A stretch of DNA of 64,000 bases from Cyanophora paradoxa CCMP329. Taxonomy: Eukaryota; Plantae; Glaucophyta. A program made the translations under genes and the position numbers. The stretch is from positions 1 through 64,000 of the forward strand of contig QPMI01000692.1 of the NCBI GenBank assembly GCA_004431415.1. The letters run 5' to 3'. The notes beneath the pieces are model-generated. The model was given only the letters and a program-made list of their open reading frames with translations, did no database searches and was not told where the DNA came from. Positions 50,138-61,288 of the stretch are shown here, in pieces (within the stretch, counting starts at the first letter, position 1; each line of letters begins with the position of its first letter).

Positions 50138-51046
50138 TTAATCGATTGCGGTTATCATGGCTATATATAGTCCACATCTGTCTCTCCATGCATTCTGAAC
50201 AAACATTTCGACATAATCGCCCGGGGAAAGCAATATCACACCACCTGTTGTCATACCAGTATATACACTAGCAATTGGTATTCTATATCTGAATTGACTT
50301 ACTAAATTAATATTTATCTTTATTTCCAACATACCTGTGCCTGATGCTACATTTTCTGTTAATGCAGAAGCATGAACAACGTATATTCCTTTTGTTTGAC
50401 AGGTAAAACGACCCTCAGAAAAAGTTGATGTTCCAAGTCTTGTGAAACCAGCTGAATAGTCAACAAATTTTATTTCTGCACTTCCAGTTCCTCCTGTTCC
50501 TGTTCCATATCTTCCCATCATTGGGTGACTATTCATTTTAACATTGCCACTGAATGTGCCTGTGGTTCCAGTAATTCCAGCATTTCCTGAAAGAAGCCCT
50601 GAAAACGTCCCAGTGGTTCCACTTACTCCTCCACTTGCTGTAAGTCCTCCTGTAATAGTCGCACTTGTTGCTGTCACAGCCCCACTAACTGCAAGTCCAG
50701 TCCCGATCCATGCCCCGCCACTGTAAACTTGAAAAGCCGCTGATTTCCTATCAGCCGGATCGAAAGCTGTTTTATAATCCGCTTGACCTTCATATAGATT
50801 ATCTTTGGTGACCAGCCCCGACGATATTGCGGGTCGATTAGATACGATCATTTGAGTAGCTTTAACGATTCCACCAGCCTTGTCGGCTCTGAGTTCTTTG
50901 ACTCTGAGAATGGAAGTCTCATTGAAAGAATCGGTTTTCGCTGTTTCAGTCGAAGGGAATGACTCGTTTAGATCATATACAGTGTGTTGCACGTTATGGA
51001 CAGCACTGGCTGATAAGGAAAACACAGGCGTGAATACTGTCGACAT
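50138..51046 (-). CDS. Fibre protein with C-terminal C1q/TNF-like head
   Basis: G/T-rich shaft (GTTGTFSG x2) then GRFTCQTKGIY...VILLSPGDYVEMFV (C1q-like pattern). Confidence 0.7.
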   Translation of the reverse strand: MSTVFTPVFSLSASAVHNVQHTVYDLNESFPSTETAKTDSFNETSILRVKELRADKAGGIVKATQMIVSNRPAISSGLVTKDNLYEGQADYKTAFDPADRKSAAFQVYSGGAWIGTGLAVSGAVTATSATITGGLTASGGVSGTTGTFSGLLSGNAGITGTTGTFSGNVKMNSHPMMGRYGTGTGGTGSAEIKFVDYSAGFTRLGTSTFSEGRFTCQTKGIYVVHASALTENVASGTGMLEIKININLVSQFRYRIPIASVYTGMTTGGVILLSPGDYVEMFVQNAWRDRCGLYIAMITAID

Positions 51047-51066
51047 CTTTTAATTGCTCTTTATTA

Positions 51067-54000
51067 TTACGTGAGAATATTATTGTTTTGGAGAGGTCCG
51101 ACAGCAATCCAATGGAGTTTAAGGGTGCGATTAGCTGCTGTGACATCTGTGAAATTAGTTGATGCGAAAGTTGTGAATCTTACGATCCAGGTAAACTTAT
51201 TTTTTAAACCCACACGAGTATTATTAACATACTCAGGTCCGATATATACACAGTTGGTCATGTCCCAATTTACAGAGTTGAAGCTATTCTCGATAGAGGT
51301 AGTAATCACTGCATCACTATAAAATGGGGTAGAGAATACGACCGTTCCCGATAACTGAAAGGTTTCTCCTGCTGTGGAATTTCGATTTTCGAGGACTACA
51401 TCCGCTGTCCCTTGTTGCACATATGCATTTGCATTTACATAGCTACCGAAATTCGTGAGCAACTCGATGCTGTGATTGTGAGTAGGTGGCGAAGTAGGTG
51501 TGTTAGTTAAATCGTTATAGTCCCCGCTCGTAGCCACAGCATGCAAGTTTGGTGTATTAATCAGATCATTGTAGTTTCCACTTGTAGCCACAGCATGCAA
51601 TGTCGGTGCAATAGGGGTGTTAGTTAAATCATTGTAGTCACCACTTGTAGTCACAGCATGCAAATTCGGTTTAGTAAATAATCTATCCCATGTTCCATTG
51701 AAAGGGAGTGTAGATTCGGATATAATAACACTTTGATCGATCCAGCGAGGTATGTAAGTGGTGAAATCGGGAATTCTTGCTAAATCATAGTAATCACCTG
51801 TGAATGCTACACTACTCCAAGTAGGCTTCTCAGTAATATCAGTCCATTTACCACTAAATCCCAGCGGAACATCTGTGAGTTCTTTGTAGCTCACCTTTTG
51901 TTTCGGTATCGATAGCTCAATGGGCGAGAATGCACCCGAAAGCTGATTTTCAGAGGTGAAATACATGAGATTTTGACTATTAAGGAAGTCATCAGCGACA
52001 TTAAATTTGGAATTCGTGGGCAATTCGAGTCGACTTATTGGGGTGTTTGGATCTAATACATATTCAGCACCAAGGTGGATAACAGGAAAAGTTTGATCAT
52101 TCGGAGTGTCCACAAAGAAATTAGAAGCATGCACATCACCTGCAACAGTTCCACCTGTTAGTGGTAAATAATCATGATCGTGTGAATCAGGTGGATAGGT
52201 CGATGGGGGATTGACAATATGCTCCCACAAATGCTTGTGAACATTGGGTAATTCAAGTCGACTAAATGGAGTGTTTGGATCTAATACATATTCAGCACCA
52301 AGGTGGACAACAGGGAATGACTGATCATTCGGAGTGTCCACATAGAAATTTGGAGCATGCACATCACCTGTAAGAGTCCCACCTGTAAGAGGTAAATAAT
52401 TCCCAAGAGCCGACGTTAATTCGGTATCTGTAACATAATCTTCAAGAATTGCTGCAAGTTCTGTATCATCTACATAGTTTTTGCTTTCGAGGTAATCATC
52501 TGTTACCACACCTGAAAGGGTTGTATTGTGTAAGTTTTTCGCCGCCATTCTCTGATTGACTTCTAAGGCGCCACCTGTTGTTGTTTTAATCCATGCAATC
52601 TCGCATTTTCCGTGATCATCTGTGGGTTGTCCCACAACAGGAAGATAGTTTACAACTTTCTCCCTTGTGAACACAATCTTAGGTCTTGCTACATCATATG
52701 CGCTTTGATCCGTTACATTTACTTGAATTGCTGCTGAAAAATCCGCTTCTTGTCCTATTTCTCCTGGGTGATAATTCGTAACATAGATACTGGGGAAAGT
52801 ATCATTTACTCCTACATTGAAATCGCCACTATAAACTCCATTTACGATTGGATCCCGTGGTAATCTTACAGCAAGAGTTCCCACCATCGGTGTGCCTGTT
52901 TCACCTGTAAACGACCCATTCAGGTTAACATAATGATCATTCAAAAACAGCCTCTCAGGTGTATTAATGGATTGGTAAAGTGTGACCCCATTAAAAACAT
53001 TTCCGATTGCATTCAATTGCGCAAAAACTGGCTGCTCATCTATTTCCTCCCATGGGTGCCTGTGGTTACTATTGGTAATCTCTGAATAATCATGGGAATG
53101 TTTTCCTGGTGGGAAGGTTGAGGGCGGATTTGTGATATCTTCCCATATATGCTTATGGGCAAAATCTGTTATTTGATCTTTTGTGTGATTATGGGCAAAA
53201 TCTGTAATATCTGCTTTTGTGTGTTTTTGCTTTGCTAACCAATCTAAAACAACATTCGATGTCGGGTGATTTGGTAGGTTTGCTTCAATCTTCACAGTGA
53301 GATAATCGACTATTACATTACTTCCATTAATATTACTTGCCCATAGGTTACTGCTGTAAATGTTACTGGCATAAATATTACTGGCATAAATGTTACTTGT
53401 AACTGTAAGGTTTGATGAAATTGTAAGATTAGATGAAATAACACCACCTTTGAGAGACAGGTAATCATGAGTGTGTGGATCAGGTGGGAAGGTTAATGGT
53501 CGATTGGTGATATGCTCCCACAAATGCTCGTGAGAACTGGGTGGAAACGTTAAAGGGACATCTGTGAGTTCTTTGTAGCTCACCTTCTGCTTTGGTATAG
53601 TGAGTTCAATTGGTGAGAAATCACCCGAAAGGCGATTTTCAGAGGTAAAATACATGAGATTATGGCTGTTAGGTAAATCGCGATCGAGTCTGCAAATCGG
53701 GGTGTTGTCGCCTAATATAAATTCGGCGCCTGTATGCACGACCGGGTTTCTTTGGATATACATATTTGATGCACCTATTACAGGTGCCACAATGGGCACA
53801 TCTGAACATATAAGGTTGCAAGTGATGGAGAAAATGGTTTTAGGGGCGAATAGATTGCAAACAAAGGTCACAGTAGCTGGATCAATAGTAGGATCGACAT
53901 TTGAACAGATCTGAAACATCCACCCTCCCACACAGCTGCAATTTAAATTGCGAAAGGCTGTGCCTGCCATTGCATCCACATAGCCAATCCCATTTGCTAT

Positions 54001-54189
54001 GTCATATATGTGACCAAACTCGTAACCAAAAATGTCATTCCATAGGTTAGAAGCCATAGCTCCCATCACATACCCTTTTAGATCTACTATCAGGTCATTG
54101 GATTCACTGGGTATATTGGCATGGGTTATATAAAATTGATTATCCAAGACAGCATTCTTTATTGTCGTTTCTACTATGGGTTCAGTCAT
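51067..54189 (-). CDS. 1040-aa viral fibre/adhesin with phage tail-fibre repeats
   Basis: HxH...I repeats (HKHIWEDITNPP), YLPLTGGTLTG x2, (V)ATSGDYNDLTNTP x3-4, SN repeats, and a C-terminal GTVVFSTPF lectin/gp53-like domain. Confidence 0.8.
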   Translation of the reverse strand: MTEPIVETTIKNAVLDNQFYITHANIPSESNDLIVDLKGYVMGAMASNLWNDIFGYEFGHIYDIANGIGYVDAMAGTAFRNLNCSCVGGWMFQICSNVDPTIDPATVTFVCNLFAPKTIFSITCNLICSDVPIVAPVIGASNMYIQRNPVVHTGAEFILGDNTPICRLDRDLPNSHNLMYFTSENRLSGDFSPIELTIPKQKVSYKELTDVPLTFPPSSHEHLWEHITNRPLTFPPDPHTHDYLSLKGGVISSNLTISSNLTVTSNIYASNIYASNIYSSNLWASNINGSNVIVDYLTVKIEANLPNHPTSNVVLDWLAKQKHTKADITDFAHNHTKDQITDFAHKHIWEDITNPPSTFPPGKHSHDYSEITNSNHRHPWEEIDEQPVFAQLNAIGNVFNGVTLYQSINTPERLFLNDHYVNLNGSFTGETGTPMVGTLAVRLPRDPIVNGVYSGDFNVGVNDTFPSIYVTNYHPGEIGQEADFSAAIQVNVTDQSAYDVARPKIVFTREKVVNYLPVVGQPTDDHGKCEIAWIKTTTGGALEVNQRMAAKNLHNTTLSGVVTDDYLESKNYVDDTELAAILEDYVTDTELTSALGNYLPLTGGTLTGDVHAPNFYVDTPNDQSFPVVHLGAEYVLDPNTPFSRLELPNVHKHLWEHIVNPPSTYPPDSHDHDYLPLTGGTVAGDVHASNFFVDTPNDQTFPVIHLGAEYVLDPNTPISRLELPTNSKFNVADDFLNSQNLMYFTSENQLSGAFSPIELSIPKQKVSYKELTDVPLGFSGKWTDITEKPTWSSVAFTGDYYDLARIPDFTTYIPRWIDQSVIISESTLPFNGTWDRLFTKPNLHAVTTSGDYNDLTNTPIAPTLHAVATSGNYNDLINTPNLHAVATSGDYNDLTNTPTSPPTHNHSIELLTNFGSYVNANAYVQQGTADVVLENRNSTAGETFQLSGTVVFSTPFYSDAVITTSIENSFNSVNWDMTNCVYIGPEYVNNTRVGLKNKFTWIVRFTTFASTNFTDVTAANRTLKLHWIAVGPLQNNNILT

Positions 54190-54226
54190 TATACTCTATT
54201 ATGGAATACTACAAAAATTAAGGTTG

Positions 54227-57200
54227 TTACATAACGTTTGGAACATGTTCATATATTCTCCCTTCTCGCTGTGCCATTTCCGCCATAAAGTCTCTGTCAT
54301 TATTCATCGTTTGCTCTGCCAATTCTTGTGCTCGTGATTTTTTGGGTGCTGCCCTACTTGCTGGTGGTTGATCAGTTCTCACAACACTAAGACCATGCCC
54401 CTCGGCTGACCTCACCTCTAACCCCACATCTCCTTCGGCTGCTTGGGTCACATTCAGCTCAGGTGTGGAGTATTTATTACCTGCTCCTGCAATGGTTCTG
54501 TCTATGCATGCACAACACAAAGCTCGGAATTTGTATGCAAGCACAAGCCCAAGAGCACCGAGAATCGGCAAGAGAATGATAAGCACTAAATTTCCTGGAT
54601 CCGATCCGGGTGCTCCGACTGGATTGGTAGGATTTGTGGGATTATAAGGTGGTGTGTTTGGATCTGGATTAGTTGTAGGGGGATCTTGTGAATCGGGATC
54701 TGGATCAGGGGTATTCGGATTGGGATCGTTTGGCGGCGGCTCTGTCGACCCTGCTAATGTGGTTGGCGCTGTGTATGCATTCGCAAACACGATGGGAGCC
54801 GTCGCTGGATTTCCTGTGGAGGATCCTGAGATTGCACCATAGGTATCTGCGAGATACTTGTATAATTCCTGTGTCACAGGTGGATTGCTCACAGATCGAC
54901 ACACCCAAATATTGCATGTGGTATCATAGACTGTGTCCCTAATAAAGGGAGGTAGAGCCGTCCCACTGAATGACTCAAAGAATCCATTTCGCGATAGCAA
55001 TCGATGCCCTGCATCACAATTTCCGCCCTCATAATATTTGGTAGCCGAAATCGCACCTTGCACATAAATATTACATGTCGAGTGCAATCCAATGTTATTT
55101 AGGTTAGGAGTATATCTGTCATCGAGACGGACAGTGCACACCCATGGGGAAGCGGTTTTTTGCAAGGGGGGAAAAGAAGACCGAAGGTCTTCCCCCCCTT
55201 GCTTCCCGTTCCCTTGCTTCAGCCAAAATTCTTCTATGAGGCCGTTTTCGAGGCTCAGTTTGCAACGCAGGAAAAAAATGGGCCGAAATTCGCTTGCAGC
55301 GACACGTGTTTGTCGCTGCGGCCGTCCATGCAAAAAAAGGTTTTCGAGGGCGAAGACCAGTTTTCCTTGACTTGAAGCCTGGAAACCAACTTCTCTCTCA
55401 TTCCGATCTTCGAATTCCTTCCGCGATTCTAGCGAAGACCAGTTTTCCTTGACTTGAAGCCTGGAAAGCAACTTCTCTCTCATTCCGGTCTTCGAATTCC
55501 TTCCGCGGTTCTGCATGGAACCAGTTCTCCCTATAGCTAGCTGTCTCCTGTAGATTTCGGCTTCCTCGCAGTGCGTCGCGTAAACCTTGCTCTTCGTTGC
55601 GCGGTTCTGCATGGAACCACTTCTCCCTAGCTGTCTTGCTCGATCTCCTCTAGATTTCCACTTCCTCGCACTGCGCCGCGTACGCCGCACAGAATTACTT
55701 AAAAATTCTCCCTAGCTGTCTTGCTCGATCTCCTCTAGATTTCCACTTCCTCGCAGTGCGCCGCGTACGCCGCACGGTACCCGTGCCGCCTGGACTACTT
55801 TTGACTGCATCAAGCTTGCACCGCAGCACGTGCACCGAAGCACGCGCAGCCCGTGGGCCGGATTGGCCCGTACCGCGTAGCTTAGGCCGTGCAACACAGT
55901 TGATGCGCAGCGTTTCAATCTCAATCTGGCCTTTCATTGAGGCTTTTCTTTATTCGGTTAGATCGCAGCGTCTGCTTATCGGGCCTTTTCTATTCTTTTC
56001 AATCATATGCAAATATAATCTGTTTCTATCTTTACTACTTCAATTGCAACCTGCCGCGCGCGCTGGGCCGGGGTCGATCTAGATCTGCCCCTTGCATGTT
56101 CGTGCCACTACTACTCTTTCATTAGATCCAGATTCCCCCCTTGCACCCCCGGCGCGCCAAAACGCGGCCGGGCCACTAGTATATATTTCTTATCGCCCAC
56201 TTCGATTACATCTGTATTTGGGTGGCTGTCAAGCTGAGTCCAAACTGCATCATATCTGGAAGTGTAATAAACTAACAGACCATCAGTAGAAGATGTGAAA
56301 GCAAAGAAGGTCATAAAGTCCGTGGATCCAAAGAAGTCAGCATTGGTCGATGTTAGGGTGACTCTGGGATAGCTCATGTTGACAGTCTCAGAAGGATATG
56401 GAATATATGAGGTGTAATTGCGATTGAACAGGTAATAGTGAAATCCATCTGAGACATTCGAGTGAGTGGGCAAGGTGACTGTTAAGGTCTTACTGCGATT
56501 TTCAAACGTGTTCTGTATGACAATGTTGCAAGAATTAATATATCGAGAATCGAAAAAGTAATTATTTGTGACTCTATTATCGATCACAGTCGCATTGGTT
56601 CCATTAAACACGAAATTCTGCCCATTGATCCTTGTAGTATATAGGTCGGTCACATCGAGTGGATACTTTATTTTTAATCTATCAGTATCATCATACTGGG
56701 GAGTCTGACCCACAGCTGACCACCCTACTGTGTATGGGGGATATTCAAATTTCGCTGTGGTCGCATTATATGTATAGAAGTAGACACCGACTGGGTAGCC
56801 ATTGATATAAGTATGAATCGTAGGATCGGCTACAAGATTAAAGCCTGTCGTGGTGACATTCTCTGCTCGAAAAACGGTAGTATATTTGGGTGCTGGTGTT
56901 ATGCCTCCTGAGGGCTGGGCGAAATATCGATTGGTATCTACTATGGTAACAGTTGGGGGGGCATTAAATGCCGATGTGAAGGTAAAAGGTATACTAATCG
57001 ACTCTGATGGAGTATATCTATAATAGTAGCCATTTACCATACTTAATAATTCTGAGCTCGGGAATGACCTGCTACCTGTCTGAGTCATAGGGGTAAACGC
57101 TTTGATATTGTGGTATGATATACTGGGTGTCGGGGAGTTTACCAAAGCGACAGCATCTGCGAAATCAGACTTTGTTATATAGAGCTCTTTAAGATATTCT

Positions 57201-58882
57201 CGTTTGAAGGGGTTTGTGGGTTCGCCAATCTGTATATTGGAGGCTGGGAAGGGGACGACATTATTTACCTGTAAATCTCGGTAAACCTTTACTCTGGGTT
57301 TGCTATCGAATTCAGGGGTGATATAATTGATATTCAGAGTGAAACTCAGATTAGCTATGGTGTTCAGTGAGGAGTTCCGGATAATGAGAGTATTTGTTCC
57401 AACATATTGGAACAAAACCTGAAACCCTGTGGAGGTGATATTATGGACATATGCCTTGTTATATTCATCAGTGAAAGTGATTTGATTATAGTAAACTGTA
57501 TGATCGACCAAGGTAACCGTAGGTAAAATCTCGAAACCTGTGACACCCAATTGATCCCAAGTAAATGTGTATGTTGGACTGTCTGCATAAACTACATAAA
57601 CTTCGAGACCTGCGAATTTCTGCGGGTAGCCTGTGACCTGGTAGGTCTCAGTCCGCGAAACCGAGCGGGAAAGGTTACTATTAAAGTCAGTGTAGCTGAT
57701 CAGTGCATTATCACTGGTGAGAATCTGATTGGGTCGGAGTGAGTGATTAAATGGAAGGATTAAATTGGAGGCAAACATGGAAACTCCATGCACCTCTGAC
57801 CATCTCAGATTCGATAAACCAACCCGGTATGTGTTATCAGTCGCGGGGTAAATGTTCCTTTTCGATAGAATATGGGCTAAGGTAATTGCAAGCGTTCCAT
57901 CTGCTGCAAACAGAGCATTAATTTCGGATTGCAAAGCCGCGATTTCAGTAGTGTGGGTCGTGAGGGTTCCATCCTGGCTGGAATCTTTGGTGTTCTTGCT
58001 CCTCTCGAACTCCAAAAACGCCTTTACGATGTCCTTGCCCAAAAGATCGTTTATATTGTCTCTGGTAATGTAAACATGGTCTGTTCTCAGTGCCTGTTTC
58101 TCTGTGGTAAAAGCCGGAATCTCCTCTGCAAATGATATAGTCGTTTTATCAAGTGCTAAGGATCTCACATTCGGAGCATTGGCGCCAATTATATCCACAA
58201 CGTTCCCATTTTCGACAATTTCTAAGGTCGGTTTCGCGGGGTCTAATGTGAAAACACCCTCTGTTATCTGGGGAACCGATTCGCTCTTCTGAATCACAAA
58301 GGATTCGATGTTTAGGTTACAGGTTGCGACATTGGTGGCGAAAAACGACTCGGACTTAAGCGAGTTTACGTTAAGAGTATTTGTAGATATGTTACTTGCT
58401 GTAATATTACTCGTCGTTAGATTACCTGCTGAGAGATCATGGACGACCTCTACCTTTGTTTTCCGCGTGGATACTCCCGCTATAAGTGTGCTATTATCCA
58501 CGATTCTCATAGCTGCATTTTGGAAACCGCTCTCATCTTGAATGAAGAAGTTTAAGCGACCTCTATCGAATGCTTTTGGGATGTTCCTACGATTATATCG
58601 CACCGTTTTCGGTAGCTGGCGGGTTGCCTGAATGCTGGCGACTCTGTTTCGTTCGTTATCATCAAGTAAAAAGTCGATTCCAAGTTTATGATCCCCTTTC
58701 TCGACGTTCATTAACTGCAAAGCTGCGGGTCTGCTCGGTGTCCCACTGACTGGATCTTCGCGGTCTGCATTGAAGTTTATTTTCAGAGACCCGCGAATTT
58801 CAGTGTTTACCTGATCAGTGTCCTCTATCTGAGTGGTCGAATTAATAACTCGTGCATCTGGTCGCGGATTCAGGAACGACAT
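54227..58882 (-). pseudogene. 1224-aa fibre-like protein with C-terminal TM anchor, split by a MITE
   Basis: Removing 55165-56141 plus one TGCA joins ...RFGAPGVQ to KTASPWVC... in frame (3675 nt). Contains IYPATDNTY...RW, FTSAFNAPPTV-type lectin-like domains, a Pro-rich stalk and TM LVLIILLPILGALGLVLAY. Confidence 0.85.
55165..56141. mobile_element. Host MITE (977 bp, family A) inserted at TGCA within a viral gene
   Basis: TGCA|AGGGGGGAA...TTCCCCCCT|TGCA. Internal ~80-bp tandem duplications; homologue at 47350-47849; excision restores the ORF. Confidence 0.93.
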
Positions 58883-58925
58883 CCTCTTTATAAACAAAGA
58901 AGATATATAAGAAGTATATAAGATA

Positions 58926-60419
58926 ATGAAGACCGTTCTCGCTTTGAGTGGAGGGGGGTCGCGCGGAATAATCGAGGCTGCTATAATGGCACAGATTGAA
59001 GCCCAAACCGGTAAACGAATCCAACAGCTATTCGACTGCTTTGCGGGAACATCCACAGGTGGATTAATCGCGCTCCTATTGAATATCAAGGGAACCGATG
59101 GCGCCCCTAAATATACTGCCACTGATATTCTGGCGCTCTACAAAGCGAAACTACCGCTGATTTTCGCGAATCCACGAGTGCTTACATCGATTGTACAGCG
59201 CCCAAAGTACGAAGCAACTAACTTAGAAGCTGTGGCTCTGGAACTCTGCGGCTCAGCGACCATGGCGGATCTCTATAAACCCACCATCGTGACTGCGCTC
59301 GACACGGTCTTAATGTCCCCCGTTTTTATTTCAAGCAACGATGAAGACATAAATGGGATGCTTGTGCGCGATGCTGCAAGGGCTACCTCAGCTGCTCCGA
59401 CCTATTTCGAGCCGAAACAAGTCACAGTCGCCGGAAGAACATACTGTTTAATTGATGGTTGCATGAGTGGAAATAATTCGCCCGGGGTTTGTGGTTACAC
59501 ATTCGCCCGCACTTTATTCGGAAACTCTTGCGAGGAGGAGCTTATAGTGGTCTCGATTACGGCGGGTCATGTCCAAGACTCTGATAAGGCGACATCTGGA
59601 TATTCGTACGACACTATGAAAAATTGGGGGATCGTGCAATGGATGCTAAGCGCCACAGGATCGCCAATTCTCAGCATGTTCTTAGAGTCGAGTGATCTAA
59701 ACGCACACGTAAAGCTACTGAAACTTTTACCCAGAAACGATGATCAGAATTACGATCGCTACTATAAGCTGAGCGTTCCTTTACCGAAAGATAAAATGAC
59801 CCTCGATACTATCACAACGACGCACCTGCAATATTTGGAAACGGAAGCGCTCGCGTTTGTTTCCGCACAGCAAACGTATTTTAATGCGATGTATTCAGTG
59901 CTGACGATGAATATCTCAGAGGGCGACGTTCCCATTATTAATCTGTCCGGGTGCACAGATGTAAGCGCACCCCCGGAATCCAATTGGGTGCCGCTCGATA
60001 AAAGCGCTTTTATTGCGGAATTTGGCACAGCTTCTGATGCCCGCTGGTCAAATGCTACGGGGTGGGTGGGCTTTACCAACCCGCCGCAAGGTAGTAGGTC
60101 GGGAGGCAATTATTTACGCATTGATTTTCCGCGTCTGTTTATGCTTTCCTCTATAAAAATGAAGCCGGCTGCAAATGGAAACTACATTAAAACGTTTGAG
60201 ATCGATTACCAATTAACTCCGGGAGTGTCGGCACTTGTCACATACACAGAAGCCGGCGCGACGAGAGTGTTTACCAATGCAAATCAAATAGCCGGAAGTG
60301 CTGATCCCGACGAACATTTCTAAGCGAACCCGAGATCTATTAGAACCCTCGTAATCTGGGTGCTCTCGACGAACGTAGCTTCGGCATGCCGAATTGATTT
60401 CGAGGGCTACTACGTGTGA
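58926..60419 (+). CDS. Patatin-like phospholipase fused to an F5/8 type C (discoidin) domain; in-frame TAA at 60321
   Basis: LSGGGSRG, AGTSTGG, ATSAAPTYF, LIDG. C-terminal YLRIDF...YIKTFEIDY...FTNAN...HF*ANPRSIRTL...CRIDFEGY ends with TGA 7 bp from the next gene. Confidence 0.88.
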
Positions 60420-60426
60420 ACAGCGC

Positions 60427-61272
60427 TTAATCCGTGATCACTTCGAGCTGGAACGAGAATGAGAGACCGTTTATATCCGCAACAGAGCCCCGCCATTTTC
60501 GAAGCGAAATTGTGAGACGATCTAAATCGAGTTGCGATGTGACATTTACGTAAGGGATGCTTGCGCTCGGTTCGTGGTAAAAGGAATATCTACCAAAGTC
60601 CGAGTTCATCTGAATTCGCAATAGATAGGAGTCGTCGACATTGTTCAGTCTACCTGTAACCGCTGCGAATTTGGTAAAAGGGCGGAGCTCTTCGATATCA
60701 AGGTAAATATATGGAATTGCATTAAAGTCGACCATTTTCGGGCATATAATCGCGTAGCGACTGGGGTAATCTCTGAGTGGAACCGGCACTGGTTCTGGTG
60801 TGCTGGCGTAAACCACTCCGGGTTCTATGCCGAGACAATCACAGAACTCCTGGTCTGAGGACTCTAATGTAAACGGGCTATTCGGAGATGAGAAAACGAA
60901 GCGGTTCGTAGACAGAGCGAGAGAAAAGGAGACCGGGAAGAGACCGAGTGGATTAAAAGAACCGCCCGCAAATCCGAGTATAGCATCACTGTTTAGAGCT
61001 CTCTCTTTCGGATATCGTTCGTTATCAGCATCGACGTAATAATAATCGTTTACGCTGGGAATCGGTGCTATCATTTTGGATGCGGGGATTACTGTGGACT
61101 CTTCGTTTAGAAGCGTTATAGTTATTGTCTGATCGGACGGAACAACATAAGAGCTATTGGGAATCTCAGCTGATAGCACACGAAATCGCCTTACATTATT
61201 AAGGCGCGTTTTCAAGTGCAGCACGCCGTTTTCAAGGTCTCTACTGTCGCAATTTATTGTTATTCTTTTCAT
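60427..61272 (-). CDS. Minor capsid (penton) protein 1
   Basis: ITINCDSRD...LNNVRRFRVLSAEIPNS...YIYLDIEEL...LDRLTISLR...FSFQLEV: PLV/NCLDV single-jelly-roll penton pattern. Confidence 0.8.
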   Translation of the reverse strand: MKRITINCDSRDLENGVLHLKTRLNNVRRFRVLSAEIPNSSYVVPSDQTITITLLNEESTVIPASKMIAPIPSVNDYYYVDADNERYPKERALNSDAILGFAGGSFNPLGLFPVSFSLALSTNRFVFSSPNSPFTLESSDQEFCDCLGIEPGVVYASTPEPVPVPLRDYPSRYAIICPKMVDFNAIPYIYLDIEELRPFTKFAAVTGRLNNVDDSYLLRIQMNSDFGRYSFYHEPSASIPYVNVTSQLDLDRLTISLRKWRGSVADINGLSFSFQLEVITD

Positions 61273-61288
61273 AATCTATTATAGTAAG

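Noticed and set aside
58883-59122. N-terminal extensions in the ORF track (59122 and 61157 starts; 55690 start of the 487-aa ORF)
   Set aside because: They overlap opposite-strand genes or derive from the MITE; better starts are 58882 and 61289.
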